This document shows positions 24,240 to 34,267 of a stretch of 49,617 nt of DNA, in pieces. The position numbers and the translations under genes were made by a program. A model generated the notes under the pieces. That model was not told where the DNA came from, searched no databases, and worked only from the letters and a program-made list of their open reading frames with translations. Position 1 is the stretch's first letter. Each line of letters starts with the position of its first letter. The stretch is from a bacterium (lineage in GTDB: Bacteria; Sysuimicrobiota; Sysuimicrobiia; Sysuimicrobiales; Kaftiobacteriaceae): the NCBI GenBank assembly GCA_035693805.1, contig DASSGA010000169.1:1-49617 (forward strand), given 5' to 3'.

Positions 24240-26930
24240 CTATCGGGCCGGCCCATCCCCCAGGGCCGCAGCGATCTCGTGCAGACGCTGCCTCCGGGCG
24301 CGCAGATCCTCAGCCCGTCCCTGCTCCCGTTCCACGACGTCCGCCGGCGCCCGCTGCACGAAGTCCGGGTTGTCGAGCCGGCGCTGCAGCGAGAGGAGCT
24401 CGGCATCGAGGTCGCGCAGGGCGCGGGCGAGCCGGTCCCGCTCTTTCGCGGGATCGACCAATCCGCCGAGCGGGATCGAGACCTCCACCCCGGACAGGAC
24501 GGCCGTCACGCTCTCCCGGGGCCGCGGCAAGGAGAGCGGCTCGATCGAGACCGGATCCGTCCGGGCCAGCGCGGCGAGATGCCGGCCGACGGGCGCCAGC
24601 AGGCGCCCCGAGGCCTCGTCTGCACGCACATGGACGCTGATGCGCTGTGATGGTGGGAGACCGAGCTCCGAACGGAGGCTGCGCAGGGCACGGACCACCG
24701 ACATCAGGGTGTCCATCATGCGATCGTGATCCGCGTCTACAGCATCCGGATCCGGCGCCGGCCATGGCGCGATCATGAGGCTGTCGCCATGGTGCGGAAG
24801 CTGCTGCCAGATCTCTTCCGTCAGGAAGGGCATGATCGGGTGCAGCAGCGCCATCGTGTCTGACAGTACGGACCACAGGGTGTGTTGGATGGCCGCGCGG
24901 CGGGCCGATCCCGAGGGCGCATCCTGGAGATCCACCTTCGCCATCTCCAGGTACCAGTCGCAGTACTCCGCCCAGATGAACTCGTACAGCGCCCGCGCCG
25001 CCTTGTCGAACTCGAACGCCTCGAGATGGGCCGTCACCGCCCGGCTCAGCTGAGCATGCCGGCTGCGGATCCAGCGGTCGGCGGGCCCCAGGTCCCCTGC
25101 GGCCGGAGCGCGGCGGTGGTCGAAACCCTCGAGGTTCATCAGCACGAAGCGCGTCGCGTTCCAGATCTTCGTGTTGAAGTTCCGCACATCCGCGATCATC
25201 TTCTCGTTGAAGCGCAGGTCTTGCTGCGCCTGCGAGCAGCGCGAGATGAGGGCGAAGCGCACCGCGTCGGCGCCGTACCCGCGCCCGTCGACCATCTCCA
25301 GCGGGTCGATCCCCGTCCCCAGCGACCTGCTCATGCGGCGTCCCTCGAGCGTCATCACGGTCGGCGCCACGTACACATCGGTGAACGGGACGTCGCCCAT
25401 GAAGTGCAGACCCATCATGATCATTCGGGCGACCCAGAGGAACAGGATCTCGTTCGCCGTGACGAGCACGTCGCCCGGGTAGAAGTACCGCAGGTCGGGC
25501 GTCTCCATCGGCCAGCCGAGCGTGGCAAAGGGCCAGATCCCCGAGCTGAACCAGGTGTCCAGCACGTCCGGGTCCTGCTTCACGGGCCCGCCGCCGCACT
25601 TCGGGCACCGCTCCAGCGGCGTTTTCGCGGCCGTGCGTTCCCCGCAGACGTCGCACTGCCACACGGGGATGCGGTGGCCCCACCAGAGCTGGCGCGAGAT
25701 GGTCCAGGGACGGATGTGGTCGAGGAACTGCAGCACGATCTTCGCCCAGCGCTCGTGGTGGAAGCGCACGCGGCCGCTCCGGATCGCCTCGGCCGCCCGC
25801 GCGGCCATCGACGTCATGTCGGCAAACCACTGGTCGCTGATGTAAGGCTCGATCACCGCATGGCAGCGGTCGCACGTCCCCACGTTCGTGCGGTAGGGTT
25901 CCACCCGCTCCAGCAGGCCCAGCGCCTGCAGATCCGCACCGACCGCCTTGCGCGCCTCGAAGCGGTCCTGACCGGCGTACTTCCCCGTGTCCGCGGTCAT
26001 CCGGCCCCTCGGGTCCAGGATGACCAGCGTCGGGAGTTTGTGATCGGTCCCGATCTCGTTGTCCATGGGGTCGTGCCCGGGCGTGATCTTAAGCGCGCCG
26101 GTGCCGAACTCGCGATCCACGCGCGTATCGGCGATCACGGGCACGCGCCGGTTCACGATGGGCACCACGACCTCCGTGCCGATCAGCGCGGCATAGCGCG
26201 GGTCCGCGGGATGCACGGCCACCGCCACGTCCGCCAGGATCGTCTCCGGCCGCTGCGTAGCGATGGTGATGCCCGGGCCGCCGCCTGCGCCGGGGTAGCG
26301 CACGTGCCAGAGCTGCGTGTCGACCTCAACGTGCTCCACCTCGAGATCCGAGATGGCGCTCTGGTCCCGCGGGCACCAGTTCACCATGCGCTTGCCGCGG
26401 TAGATGAGACCTTGATTGAACAGCCGCACGAACGCCTCGAGCACCGCGTCGTAATACGGCGGGTCCAGCGTGAAGATATAGCGGTCCCAGTCGCAGGAGA
26501 AGCCCATGCGCTTCAGCTGCTCGACGATGATGTTGCCGTACGTCTCTTTCCACTGCCAGACACGCTGCACGAAGCGCTCGCGTCCGAGCGCCTCGAGCGT
26601 CAGGCCTTCTCGGGCGATCTCCCGCTCCACGACGTTCTGCGTCGCGATGCCGGCGTGGTCCGTGCCCGGCTGCCACAGGGCGTTCCGCCCCTGCATCCGC
26701 CGCCAGCGGATGAGGACGTCCTGGATGGAGAAGGTAGAGGCGGTGCCGATGTGCGACTCGCCCGTCACGTTCGGCAGCGGCAGCATGATCACGAACGGAC
26801 CCCGGCTCGAGCCCCTCGTCCGGGACGGATCGACCAGGGCGCGGAAGTACCCGGCTCGCATCCACTCCGTGTAGCGCGGCATCTCGACCGCGCGGGGATC
26901 GTAGGTCGTCCGCAGTGTCCTGGTCGCCAT
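24240..26930 (-). CDS. valS: valine--tRNA ligase
   Basis: 896 aa with PNVTGESHIGTA (HIGH region), RMSRSLG (KMSKS region) and a C-terminal coiled coil. GGAGGGTGA SD. Preceded by a T-box leader. Confidence 0.95.
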   Translation of the reverse strand: MATRTLRTTYDPRAVEMPRYTEWMRAGYFRALVDPSRTRGSSRGPFVIMLPLPNVTGESHIGTASTFSIQDVLIRWRRMQGRNALWQPGTDHAGIATQNVVEREIAREGLTLEALGRERFVQRVWQWKETYGNIIVEQLKRMGFSCDWDRYIFTLDPPYYDAVLEAFVRLFNQGLIYRGKRMVNWCPRDQSAISDLEVEHVEVDTQLWHVRYPGAGGGPGITIATQRPETILADVAVAVHPADPRYAALIGTEVVVPIVNRRVPVIADTRVDREFGTGALKITPGHDPMDNEIGTDHKLPTLVILDPRGRMTADTGKYAGQDRFEARKAVGADLQALGLLERVEPYRTNVGTCDRCHAVIEPYISDQWFADMTSMAARAAEAIRSGRVRFHHERWAKIVLQFLDHIRPWTISRQLWWGHRIPVWQCDVCGERTAAKTPLERCPKCGGGPVKQDPDVLDTWFSSGIWPFATLGWPMETPDLRYFYPGDVLVTANEILFLWVARMIMMGLHFMGDVPFTDVYVAPTVMTLEGRRMSRSLGTGIDPLEMVDGRGYGADAVRFALISRCSQAQQDLRFNEKMIADVRNFNTKIWNATRFVLMNLEGFDHRRAPAAGDLGPADRWIRSRHAQLSRAVTAHLEAFEFDKAARALYEFIWAEYCDWYLEMAKVDLQDAPSGSARRAAIQHTLWSVLSDTMALLHPIMPFLTEEIWQQLPHHGDSLMIAPWPAPDPDAVDADHDRMMDTLMSVVRALRSLRSELGLPPSQRISVHVRADEASGRLLAPVGRHLAALARTDPVSIEPLSLPRPRESVTAVLSGVEVSIPLGGLVDPAKERDRLARALRDLDAELLSLQRRLDNPDFVQRAPADVVEREQGRAEDLRARRQRLHEIAAALGDGPAR

Positions 26931-26956
26931 GAGCCTCACCCTCCGCAACACCAGAC

Positions 26957-26993
26957 GGAAATAGATAACGCCCCGTCCACAGGACGGAGCGTT
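26957..26993 (-). terminator. T-box leader intrinsic terminator
   Basis: Minus strand AACGCTCCGTCC-TGTG-GACGGGGCGTT, a 12-bp stem with one G-U, followed by ATCTATTTCC. Lies immediately 3' of the T-box sequence. Confidence 0.7.
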
Positions 26994-27207
26994 GGCAGCT
27001 CCGCGGTACCACCCGCGTTTCGCCCCGGTGGGGCGACCCTCGTTTGCGCTGTCCCGGGCGCATCCCGCGCGACCCTGTCCCAGACAGCCGGTCAGGACTC
27101 GGGCCACAGCTCGGGGGCGACGTTCGCCCGCGTCCACCCGGGAGGCTCGCACCCTTCGCCTCCCTCGCTTGGAGCGCCCGCGGGGTACTCCTCCCCGTCT
27201 TCGCCTT
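26994..27207 (-). promoter_or_regulatory. T-box riboswitch leader, probable Val specifier GUC
   Basis: Conserved T-box AAACGCGGGUGGUACCGCGG (27001..27020). Stem-I-like AGGAGUA and GGUGCGA motifs. GCGAAC-GUC-G at 27119..27121. Confidence 0.85.
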
Positions 27208-27213
27208 GCCGCC

Positions 27214-27241
27214 ATTATAGCAGCCGCGGAGGTCAAGTAAA
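27214..27241 (-). promoter_or_regulatory. valS promoter, TTTACT-16-TGC-TATAAT (extended -10)
   Basis: Minus strand reads GCTTTACTTGACCTCCGCGGCTGCTATAATGG. Confidence 0.6.
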
Positions 27242-27272
27242 GCGCGGGAACGGGCAGGATATCCGATGACCG

Positions 27273-27962
27273 ATGAGCACCGATGTCGACTCTCTGATCG
27301 CGGCGATGCTGGAGGCCCAGTGGCCCCAGCCGGTCGACCTCGCCCGTCTCCGTGCCGTGGCCGGCGAGGCGGTCGTGCGCCTCGTCGACCGGCTGGAGCA
27401 TGAGCCGGGGGCGCTGCGGCGCCGCCGCATCTGTGAGCTGCTCGCGGACGTCGTCGCCGGGGATCCGGGGCGTCTCGCGCCATACCTCCGCACCCCCTCG
27501 TGGTACCTGGCCCGCAACCTGGTCTACGTCCTGGGCGAGATACGCAGCCCGGGGGCCGTCCCGCACCTGGCGGCGCTGGCGCGCCACCCGGAGTATCGCG
27601 TGCGGCGCGAAGTGATCGACGCCCTGCAGAAGCTTGGGGGCGGCGCGGCGCGGGCGGCGCTGGCCGTCTTCTTCGAGGATCCGGACGCGCGGATCCGCCG
27701 CCACTGCATCGACGGCATGGGCGCCGTCTACGATCCGCACGTGGCTGGGTGGCTGCTCACGATCGTCCGGTCGCGCGATTTCACCCCCGAAGGCACCTCG
27801 CTGAAGGAAGCGGCGGTGGCCGCCCTGGCCCGGATGCGGGCCGACGAAGCGCGGCCGGTGCTGGAACGGGTGGCGCGCCGGCGGTGGGTGTTCGGGCGCG
27901 GGCGGAAGCTCTTGCAGGACGCGGCGCGCGGCGCGCTCGCGCAGGCCTACTCTTCCAGGTAG
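27273..27962 (+). CDS. HEAT-repeat protein, paralog of the C-terminal third of the 611-aa protein
   Basis: PSWYLARNLVYVLGEIRSPGAVPHLAALARHPEYRVRREVIDALQKLG is collinear with residues of the ORF at 22376..24211. 229 aa. Confidence 0.7.
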   Translation: MSTDVDSLIAAMLEAQWPQPVDLARLRAVAGEAVVRLVDRLEHEPGALRRRRICELLADVVAGDPGRLAPYLRTPSWYLARNLVYVLGEIRSPGAVPHLAALARHPEYRVRREVIDALQKLGGGAARAALAVFFEDPDARIRRHCIDGMGAVYDPHVAGWLLTIVRSRDFTPEGTSLKEAAVAALARMRADEARPVLERVARRRWVFGRGRKLLQDAARGALAQAYSSR

Positions 27963-29785
27963 ATCACTCGGCGCAGCTCTTCCATGCCTGTCGTCCCGTC
28001 GAGCACGCGGGCCGTGGCCGCGCCGCTGATCGCATTCATGCCGCTACTGATCGCGGCCTCGCGCAGCGCCGTGGCGGGCTTGCGCGCCAGCACGAGCTCA
28101 CGGATCACCTCGTTCATCCTGAAGATCTCCATCACCGACAGCCGTCCCTTGTACCCTGTCTGCTCGCATTCCCGGCAGCCCACAGGCCGGTACAGCGTCG
28201 GCCGGCTGTCGGCGGGCAGGCCGAGCTCGGTGACGATGTCCCGAGATGCCTCGTAGGGCAGCCGGCAGCCCTGGCAGAGGCGGCGCATCAGGCGCTGGCC
28301 GATCGTGGCGATGAGCGAGCTCGTGATGAAGTACGGCTCGATGCCCATGTCCACCAACCGGACGACCGAGCCCGAGGCGTCGTTCGTGTGCAGGGTACTG
28401 AAGACGAGGTGGCCGGTCAGCGCGGCATGGACGGCGATCTTCGCCGTCTCCGCGTCGCGGATCTCCCCCACCATGATGATGTTCGGATCCTGCCGCAGCA
28501 TGCTGCGCAGGCCGGTGGCGAACGTCATGCCGGCGCGCGGCCGGACCGGAATCTGCGAGATGCCTTCGATGTAGTACTCCACCGGGTCCTCGATGGTCAT
28601 GATGTTGCGGCTGGGATCATTCACGCGCTGCAGGCAGGAGTACAGCGTGGTCGTCTTGCCGCTGCCTGTCGGCCCCGTGACGAGGATCATCCCGTGGGGC
28701 TTGCGGATGATCGTGTCGATGATCAGCTCCTGGTCCGGCGGGATACCCAGGCGGTCCAGTCCGACCAGGACGTTCGACTTGTCGAGCAGCCGCATCACGA
28801 CGCGTTCGCCGAAGGCCGTGGCCGTGATGCCGACGCGCACGTCGTACTCGCGATCGCGCAGGCGCATGCTGATCCGGCCGTCCTGCGGCTTGACGTGTTC
28901 GGCGATGTCGAGCGCGGCCAGGATCTTGATGCGGCTGACCACCGCGGCATACATCAGCCTCGGGATCAATGCTTTGTCGTAGAGCAGCCCGTCGATGCGG
29001 TAGCGCACGCGGGCCTGCTGGGCGTGGGGCTCGAGGTGGATGTCCGTGGCCCGCCCGGTGATCGCTCCCTGCAAGATGGAGTCGACCATCTGGATGACCG
29101 GCGGGGCGGCCTCGTTGCCGAGGACCAGGACCTCTCCGGCGCCGTTCTCCCCGGGGCTCTCGCTGAACTCGATCGCGTCCTGCAGCGCAGCGGCGTGATT
29201 GACCTTGCCGCCGACGTCGTCGTAGAGCTGGGCCATCGCCCACTCCAGATCCGTCTCGGTCGTGAAGACCGGCAGCACGCGGAGCCCCGTCGCCCGGGAG
29301 ATCTCATCGATGGCGAGGATGTCGGAAGGATCGGCCATCGCCACGATCAGCTCGCGGTCCTCCTGGCGGATGGGCAGGGCCATGAGGCGGCGGACGAAGG
29401 GCTCGGGAAGGATCTTGGCGATGTGGACGTCGATGGGTTCGGCGGTCAGGCTGACGTACTCGTAGCCCTGCTGCAGGGCGAGCCACCGGCCGGCCTCGCC
29501 CTTGGCGAGCAGCCCGCGCTCGATGAAGATCTGGGCCAGCCGCTTGCCGGTCCGCTTCTGCTCCTCGAGGGCCTCCGACAGCTGAGCCTCGGTGATCACC
29601 CCGGAGTCCAGGAGCAGCTCCCCCAGACGTTTGTTCGACTTAGCGGTAAACGCCCGGGCGGTGGCCATCGGCACAGGGGAATCAGAGGCAACTGGCGTGC
29701 CACGGTCGGGAGAACGAGGAAAGACGGCGGAGGGGTCTTCCTCCGCCGTCATCTCCACGGGGGGGCTCTGGTCGTCTTTGCGCAT
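27947..29785 (-). CDS. second GspE/PilB-family secretion ATPase
   Basis: GspE_N (RLGELLLDSGVITEAQLSEAL), Walker A TGPTGSGKTTT, tetracysteine CQGC...CREC. GGAGGGG SD before MRKDDQ. Shorter starts at MTAEED or MATARAF are possible. Confidence 0.9.
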   Translation of the reverse strand: MRKDDQSPPVEMTAEEDPSAVFPRSPDRGTPVASDSPVPMATARAFTAKSNKRLGELLLDSGVITEAQLSEALEEQKRTGKRLAQIFIERGLLAKGEAGRWLALQQGYEYVSLTAEPIDVHIAKILPEPFVRRLMALPIRQEDRELIVAMADPSDILAIDEISRATGLRVLPVFTTETDLEWAMAQLYDDVGGKVNHAAALQDAIEFSESPGENGAGEVLVLGNEAAPPVIQMVDSILQGAITGRATDIHLEPHAQQARVRYRIDGLLYDKALIPRLMYAAVVSRIKILAALDIAEHVKPQDGRISMRLRDREYDVRVGITATAFGERVVMRLLDKSNVLVGLDRLGIPPDQELIIDTIIRKPHGMILVTGPTGSGKTTTLYSCLQRVNDPSRNIMTIEDPVEYYIEGISQIPVRPRAGMTFATGLRSMLRQDPNIIMVGEIRDAETAKIAVHAALTGHLVFSTLHTNDASGSVVRLVDMGIEPYFITSSLIATIGQRLMRRLCQGCRLPYEASRDIVTELGLPADSRPTLYRPVGCRECEQTGYKGRLSVMEIFRMNEVIRELVLARKPATALREAAISSGMNAISGAATARVLDGTTGMEELRRVIYLEE

Positions 29786-29829
29786 CTGCGGCGCCCCTCC
29801 GGCGCGCCTGCCTTCCGCGCGTCCGACGG

Positions 29830-32244
29830 CTATGACAACATCTGCTGGCTCGGCTGCTGGCCGGGCCGGATCGAGCTCGGCCCCACCGCCGGCGGGACGA
29901 CCCGCTGCGTGACGGCCGGCGCCGGGACCAGGGCTTCCGCGAGCACCTGGTCCATGTGCTCGACGAACACGAAGTGCAGCTTCTTGCGCACGTGCGCCGG
30001 GATCTCGATGAGATCCTTCTCGTTCTCCTTCGGCAGGAGCACGGTGCGGATCCCCGCCCGGTGGGCGGCCAGGACCTTCTCCTTGACGCCGCCGATGCCC
30101 AGGACCTTGCCGCGGAGGGTGATCTCTCCGGTCATCGCGACCTCGCGCCGGACCGGTCGCCCGGTGACCACGGACGCGAGCGCTGTTGCCAGAGTAATGC
30201 CCGCGGACGGACCGTCCTTAGGCACCGCGCCGGCCGGGATGTGGATGTGCACGTCGTACTTCTGGTAGAACTCCTCGTCGATGCCCAGGCGCCGCGCGCG
30301 GGAGCGGACGTAGGAGACCGCGGCCTGGCCGGACTCCTTGAGCACATCCCCGAGCTGGCCGGTGAGGGTCAGCTTTCCCTCCCCGCGCATCAGGGTGGCT
30401 TCCACCGAGACGATGTCTCCGCCCATCTCGGTGTAGATGAGCCCGGTGGCCGTGCCCACTTCGTCTACCTGCTCCGCCAGCCCGTACCGGAACTTCACCG
30501 GCCCCAGGAACTTGTGCAGGTTCTGGTTGGTCACCCGCACCGTCGTGGCCTTGCCGGTGGCGACCTCGGTCGCCACCTTGCGGAAGATCCCGGCGATCTC
30601 GCGCTCCAGGTTGCGCACGCCGGCCTCCCGGGTGTACTCGCGGACGACCTTCTTCAGCGCGTCCTCGGTGAACGCCACCTGCTCCGGCTTCAGGCCGTTC
30701 TGCGTCAGCTGCTTCGGGATGAGGAACTGCTCGGCGATCTTGATCTTCTCTTCCTCGATGTACCCCGGGAACCGGATGACCTCCAGGCGGTCCCGCAGCG
30801 CCGGCGGGACGGTATCGAGGATGTTGCCGGTGCAGATGAACATCACCTCGGACAGATCCATCGGCAGCTCGAGGTAGTGGTCGCTGAACGCGCTGTTCTG
30901 CTCCGGATCGAGCGCCTCCAGCAGCGCCGAGCTGGGATCGCCGCGCCAGTCCATGCCGAGCTTGTCGATCTCGTCCAGCATGAAGACCGGGTTGCGGGTC
31001 GCGGCCGTCTTCATGCCCTGCACGATGCGGCCGGGCAGCGCGCCCACGTACGTGCGGCGGTGCCCGCGGATCTCGGCCTCGTCCCGCACGCCGCCCAGGC
31101 TGATCCGCACGAACTTGCGGCCCAAGGCGCGCGCGATGGACTTGCCCATCGAGGTCTTGCCGACCCCGGGCGGCCCGATGAAGCAGAGGATCGGCCCCTT
31201 GCTCTGCGGCGCGAGCTTGCGCACGGCCAGGTACTCGATCACGCGCTCCTTGGGCTTGTCCAGGCCGTAATGGTCCTGGTCCAGGATCCGCCGGGCCTCG
31301 GCGATGTCCAGCCGGTCCTCCGTCCGCACGGTCCACGGCACGGCCAGGATCCAGTCGAGATACGTGCGCACCACGACCGCCTCGGCCACCATCGGCGGCA
31401 TCTTCTCCAGCCGGGTGAGCTCCTCGAGCGCCTTCTCCTTGACGTGGTCGGGGAGGTTCGCGGCCTCGATCTTCTTCTTATACTCGGCCACCTCGCTCTG
31501 GCGCTCGTCGCTCTCGCCGAGCTCCTGCTGGATGGCCTTCATCTGTTCCTTCAGGAAATACTCGCGCTGGGACTTCTCCATCTGCTTCCGCACGCGGTTC
31601 TGGATCTTGCGCTCCAGTTCGAGGATGTTCACCTCGCGGGTGAGGATCTGGCTCAGCAGGTCCAGCCGGTCCTTGGGGGCGATCTCCAGCAGCTGCTGGC
31701 GCTCCTCGATCTTGAGCGGCAGGTGCTGCGCGATCAGGTCGGCGAGCTTGCCCGGCTCCTCCGCCTGGATCACGACGGCGTACTGTTCGGGCGCGATACT
31801 GCGGCTGTACCGGGCGAAGCGTTCGAACTGGGAGAGCACACCCCGCATCAGCGCCTCGACCTCGAGGGGCTTCTCCCCCGGATCCGGCTGCTGGCGCACC
31901 CGGACCTCGAAATAGGGCTCGTCGCGCTCGACGTGCTCGATCGCCCCCCGCACCAGCCCTTCCACGATGACCTGCAGCACGCCGTCGGGCTGCTTGCCGA
32001 CCTGCAGGATGCGGCAGATCGTCCCCACCGTGTAGATGTCCGCCGGGCGGGGCTCTTCCAGGTCGTCCTGCTTCTGGGCGGCGAGCACGATGATGCGGTC
32101 CCCGGCCAGCGCCGTCTCGAGCGCGCGGAGCGACTTCTGGCGCCCGACCCCGAGGGGCGCGATCTGGTGGGGCATGACCACCGTGCCCTTCAGCGGGAGC
32201 AGCGGCAGCACGTCCTTGATCGTCACGTCACTCTGTTCCGCCAA
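29830..32244 (-). CDS. lon: ATP-dependent Lon protease (LonA)
   Basis: [15 protein letters not shown]-domain, [17 protein letters not shown]. Start set at a TTG preceded by AAGGAGGG with 6-nt spacing. The ATG at 32301 (ORF track) has no RBS. Confidence 0.93.
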   Translation of the reverse strand: MAEQSDVTIKDVLPLLPLKGTVVMPHQIAPLGVGRQKSLRALETALAGDRIIVLAAQKQDDLEEPRPADIYTVGTICRILQVGKQPDGVLQVIVEGLVRGAIEHVERDEPYFEVRVRQQPDPGEKPLEVEALMRGVLSQFERFARYSRSIAPEQYAVVIQAEEPGKLADLIAQHLPLKIEERQQLLEIAPKDRLDLLSQILTREVNILELERKIQNRVRKQMEKSQREYFLKEQMKAIQQELGESDERQSEVAEYKKKIEAANLPDHVKEKALEELTRLEKMPPMVAEAVVVRTYLDWILAVPWTVRTEDRLDIAEARRILDQDHYGLDKPKERVIEYLAVRKLAPQSKGPILCFIGPPGVGKTSMGKSIARALGRKFVRISLGGVRDEAEIRGHRRTYVGALPGRIVQGMKTAATRNPVFMLDEIDKLGMDWRGDPSSALLEALDPEQNSAFSDHYLELPMDLSEVMFICTGNILDTVPPALRDRLEVIRFPGYIEEEKIKIAEQFLIPKQLTQNGLKPEQVAFTEDALKKVVREYTREAGVRNLEREIAGIFRKVATEVATGKATTVRVTNQNLHKFLGPVKFRYGLAEQVDEVGTATGLIYTEMGGDIVSVEATLMRGEGKLTLTGQLGDVLKESGQAAVSYVRSRARRLGIDEEFYQKYDVHIHIPAGAVPKDGPSAGITLATALASVVTGRPVRREVAMTGEITLRGKVLGIGGVKEKVLAAHRAGIRTVLLPKENEKDLIEIPAHVRKKLHFVFVEHMDQVLAEALVPAPAVTQRVVPPAVGPSSIRPGQQPSQQMLS

Positions 32245-32303
32245 CGGATACCCTCCTTGGGAACGACGAAGGGGGACGCGATGATCCCCCCTCCAGTCCA
32301 TGC

Positions 32304-32323
32304 CCGGTTCGGATCCGAACCGG
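32304..32323 (-). promoter_or_regulatory. perfect 20-bp palindrome CCGGTTCGGATCCGAACCGG in the lon leader
   Basis: Self-complementary. Lies between the extended -10 element and the lon SD. Confidence 0.5.
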
Positions 32324-32342
32324 ATATGTCAGTGCATCTATT

Positions 32343-32351
32343 ATTGTAGCA
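32343..32351 (-). promoter_or_regulatory. candidate extended -10 element TGCTACAAT upstream of lon
   Basis: Minus strand reads GGGATGCTACAATAATAG. There is no convincing -35. Confidence 0.4.
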
Positions 32352-32368
32352 TCCCGGGACAAGGGGCC

Positions 32369-33646
32369 CTAGGCTGGCTTCTCCTTGGCCATCTTCTTGA
32401 GATCTGCGCCGGTGAGCAGCACCGGGTCGCGCTTGCGCTGCACCGAGTCGTCCGTCACCACGCAGCGCTTCACATCCGGCCGGGACGGGATCTCGTACAT
32501 GATGTTCAGCATGATGTCTTCGATGATCGTACGCAGTCCCCGCGCTCCGGTATGCCGGCCCATCGCCTCGCGGGCGATCGCGCGCAGCGCGTCGTCCGTG
32601 AAGACCAGCTCGACGCCGTCCATCTCGAGGATCTTCTGGTACTGCCGCACGAGCGCGTTCTTCGGCTCGACCAGGATGCGCACAAGGTCGGCCTCATCGA
32701 GGGGTTCGAGCGGGACGACCACCGGCAGGCGGCCGATGAACTCCGGGATGAGCCCGTAGCGCAGGAGGTCCTGCGGCATGACGTGCGAGAGCGTCTCGGA
32801 GAGCGAGGCCTTGCTCTTCGGCATCACCTGCGCGCCGAACCCGATCGCGGTCTGCCGGATGCGGCCCTCGATGAGGCGGTCGAGGCCCTCGAAGGAGCCG
32901 CCGCAGATGAACAGGATGTTCGTCGTGTCGATCTGGATGAACTCCTGATGCGGGTGCTTTCGCCCGCCCTGCGGCGGAACGTTGGCCGTGGTCCCTTCCA
33001 GGATCTTCAGGAGCGCCTGCTGGACGCCCTCGCCCGAGACGTCGCGCGTGATGGAGGGGTTCTCGGACTTGCGCGCGATCTTGTCCGTCTCGTCGATGTA
33101 GATGATCCCCCGCTCGGCCTTCTTCACGTCGAAGTCGGCGGCCTGGATCAGACGCAGGAGGATGTTCTCCACGTCCTCGCCCACGTAGCCGGCCTCGGTG
33201 AGCGAGGTCGCGTCCGCGATGGCGAACGGGACGTCCAGGATCTTGGCCAGGGTCTGGGCGAGCAAGGTCTTGCCGCAGCCGGTGGGGCCGATGAGCAGGA
33301 TGTTGGACTTCTGCAGCTCGACGTCGCTCGCGCGGCGGCCGCCGATGCGCTTGAAGTGGTTGTAAACGGCCACGGAAAGGGCCTTCTTCGCCCGGTCCTG
33401 CCCCACGACGTACTGGCAGAGCGTGTCGTAGATCTCGCGGGGCTTCGGGGTGCTGCGCGGCCCGGCGGCCTCGCCCTCCCCGTAGAGCTCCTCCTCGATG
33501 ATCTCGTTGCACAGCTCGATGCACTCGTCGCAGATGTACACGCCGGGGCCGGCCACCAGCTTGCGCACCTGTTCCTGGGACTTGCCGCAAAACGAGCACT
33601 TCAGCTTCTCGCCGTCCCCGAACCGGAACGTCCGCTCCCGCGTCAT
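32369..33646 (-). CDS. clpX: ATP-dependent Clp protease ATP-binding subunit ClpX
   Basis: Zinc finger [26 protein letters not shown], Walker A GPTGCGKT, and IGFG-like loop AIGFGAQ. Confidence 0.97.
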   Translation of the reverse strand: MTRERTFRFGDGEKLKCSFCGKSQEQVRKLVAGPGVYICDECIELCNEIIEEELYGEGEAAGPRSTPKPREIYDTLCQYVVGQDRAKKALSVAVYNHFKRIGGRRASDVELQKSNILLIGPTGCGKTLLAQTLAKILDVPFAIADATSLTEAGYVGEDVENILLRLIQAADFDVKKAERGIIYIDETDKIARKSENPSITRDVSGEGVQQALLKILEGTTANVPPQGGRKHPHQEFIQIDTTNILFICGGSFEGLDRLIEGRIRQTAIGFGAQVMPKSKASLSETLSHVMPQDLLRYGLIPEFIGRLPVVVPLEPLDEADLVRILVEPKNALVRQYQKILEMDGVELVFTDDALRAIAREAMGRHTGARGLRTIIEDIMLNIMYEIPSRPDVKRCVVTDDSVQRKRDPVLLTGADLKKMAKEKPA

Positions 33647-33655
33647 GACGCCCCC

Positions 33656-34267
33656 TCAGCGATCCTTCGTGCCCGCCACGACCTTCGCGCGTGGCTGGAT
33701 GACTTCGTCGATCAGCCCGTAGTCCTTGGCCGTCTTGGGATCCATCCAGTAGTCGCGGTCGGTGTCGCGCTCGATCCGCTCGATCGGCTGGCCGGTGTGC
33801 TTGGCCAGGATCTCATTGGTCTGCTGGCGCATCCGCAGGAACTGCTTGGCCTGGATATCGATGTCCGCGGTCGTGCCCTGCGCGCCGCCCCAGGGCTGGT
33901 GGATGAGGATCTGCGAGTACGGGAGCGAGGAGCGCTTCCCCTTGGCCCCGCCGGCCAGGATGACCGCCGCGCCGGAGGCGGCCAATCCGACACAGATCGT
34001 GGCCACGTCGGGCCGTACGTACTGCATCGTGTCGTAGATGGCCAGCGCGGGCGTGAGGCTGCCGCCGGGGCTGTTCACGTAGATGTTGATGTCCTTCTCG
34101 GGGTCTTCGCCTTCCAGGAACAGCAACTGCGCGATGATCAGGTTGGCCATGTCGTCGTCGATCGGCCCCCCGACGAAGACGATGCGGTCTTTGAGGAGCC
34201 GCGAGTAGATGTCGTAGGCGCGCTCCCCGCGCGCCGTCTGCTCCACGACCATGGGGACCAGTGTCAT
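33656..34267 (-). CDS. clpP: ATP-dependent Clp protease proteolytic subunit ClpP
   Basis: [32 protein letters not shown]-type motif VNSPGGS, and GLAASGAA catalytic Ser region. ATGA overlap with tig. Confidence 0.97.
   Translation of the reverse strand: MTLVPMVVEQTARGERAYDIYSRLLKDRIVFVGGPIDDDMANLIIAQLLFLEGEDPEKDINIYVNSPGGSLTPALAIYDTMQYVRPDVATICVGLAASGAAVILAGGAKGKRSSLPYSQILIHQPWGGAQGTTADIDIQAKQFLRMRQQTNEILAKHTGQPIERIERDTDRDYWMDPKTAKDYGLIDEVIQPRAKVVAGTKDR

Noticed and set aside
32284-32301. The upstream ATG of the lon ORF encodes MDWRGD, identical to an internal Lon peptide (30937..30954). About 19 of 22 nt are shared, which hints at a micro-duplication.
   Set aside because: The match is too short to distinguish from chance in GC-biased sequence. 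The ATG has no RBS, whereas the TTG at 32244 has a near-perfect one. I treat it as non-coding leader.
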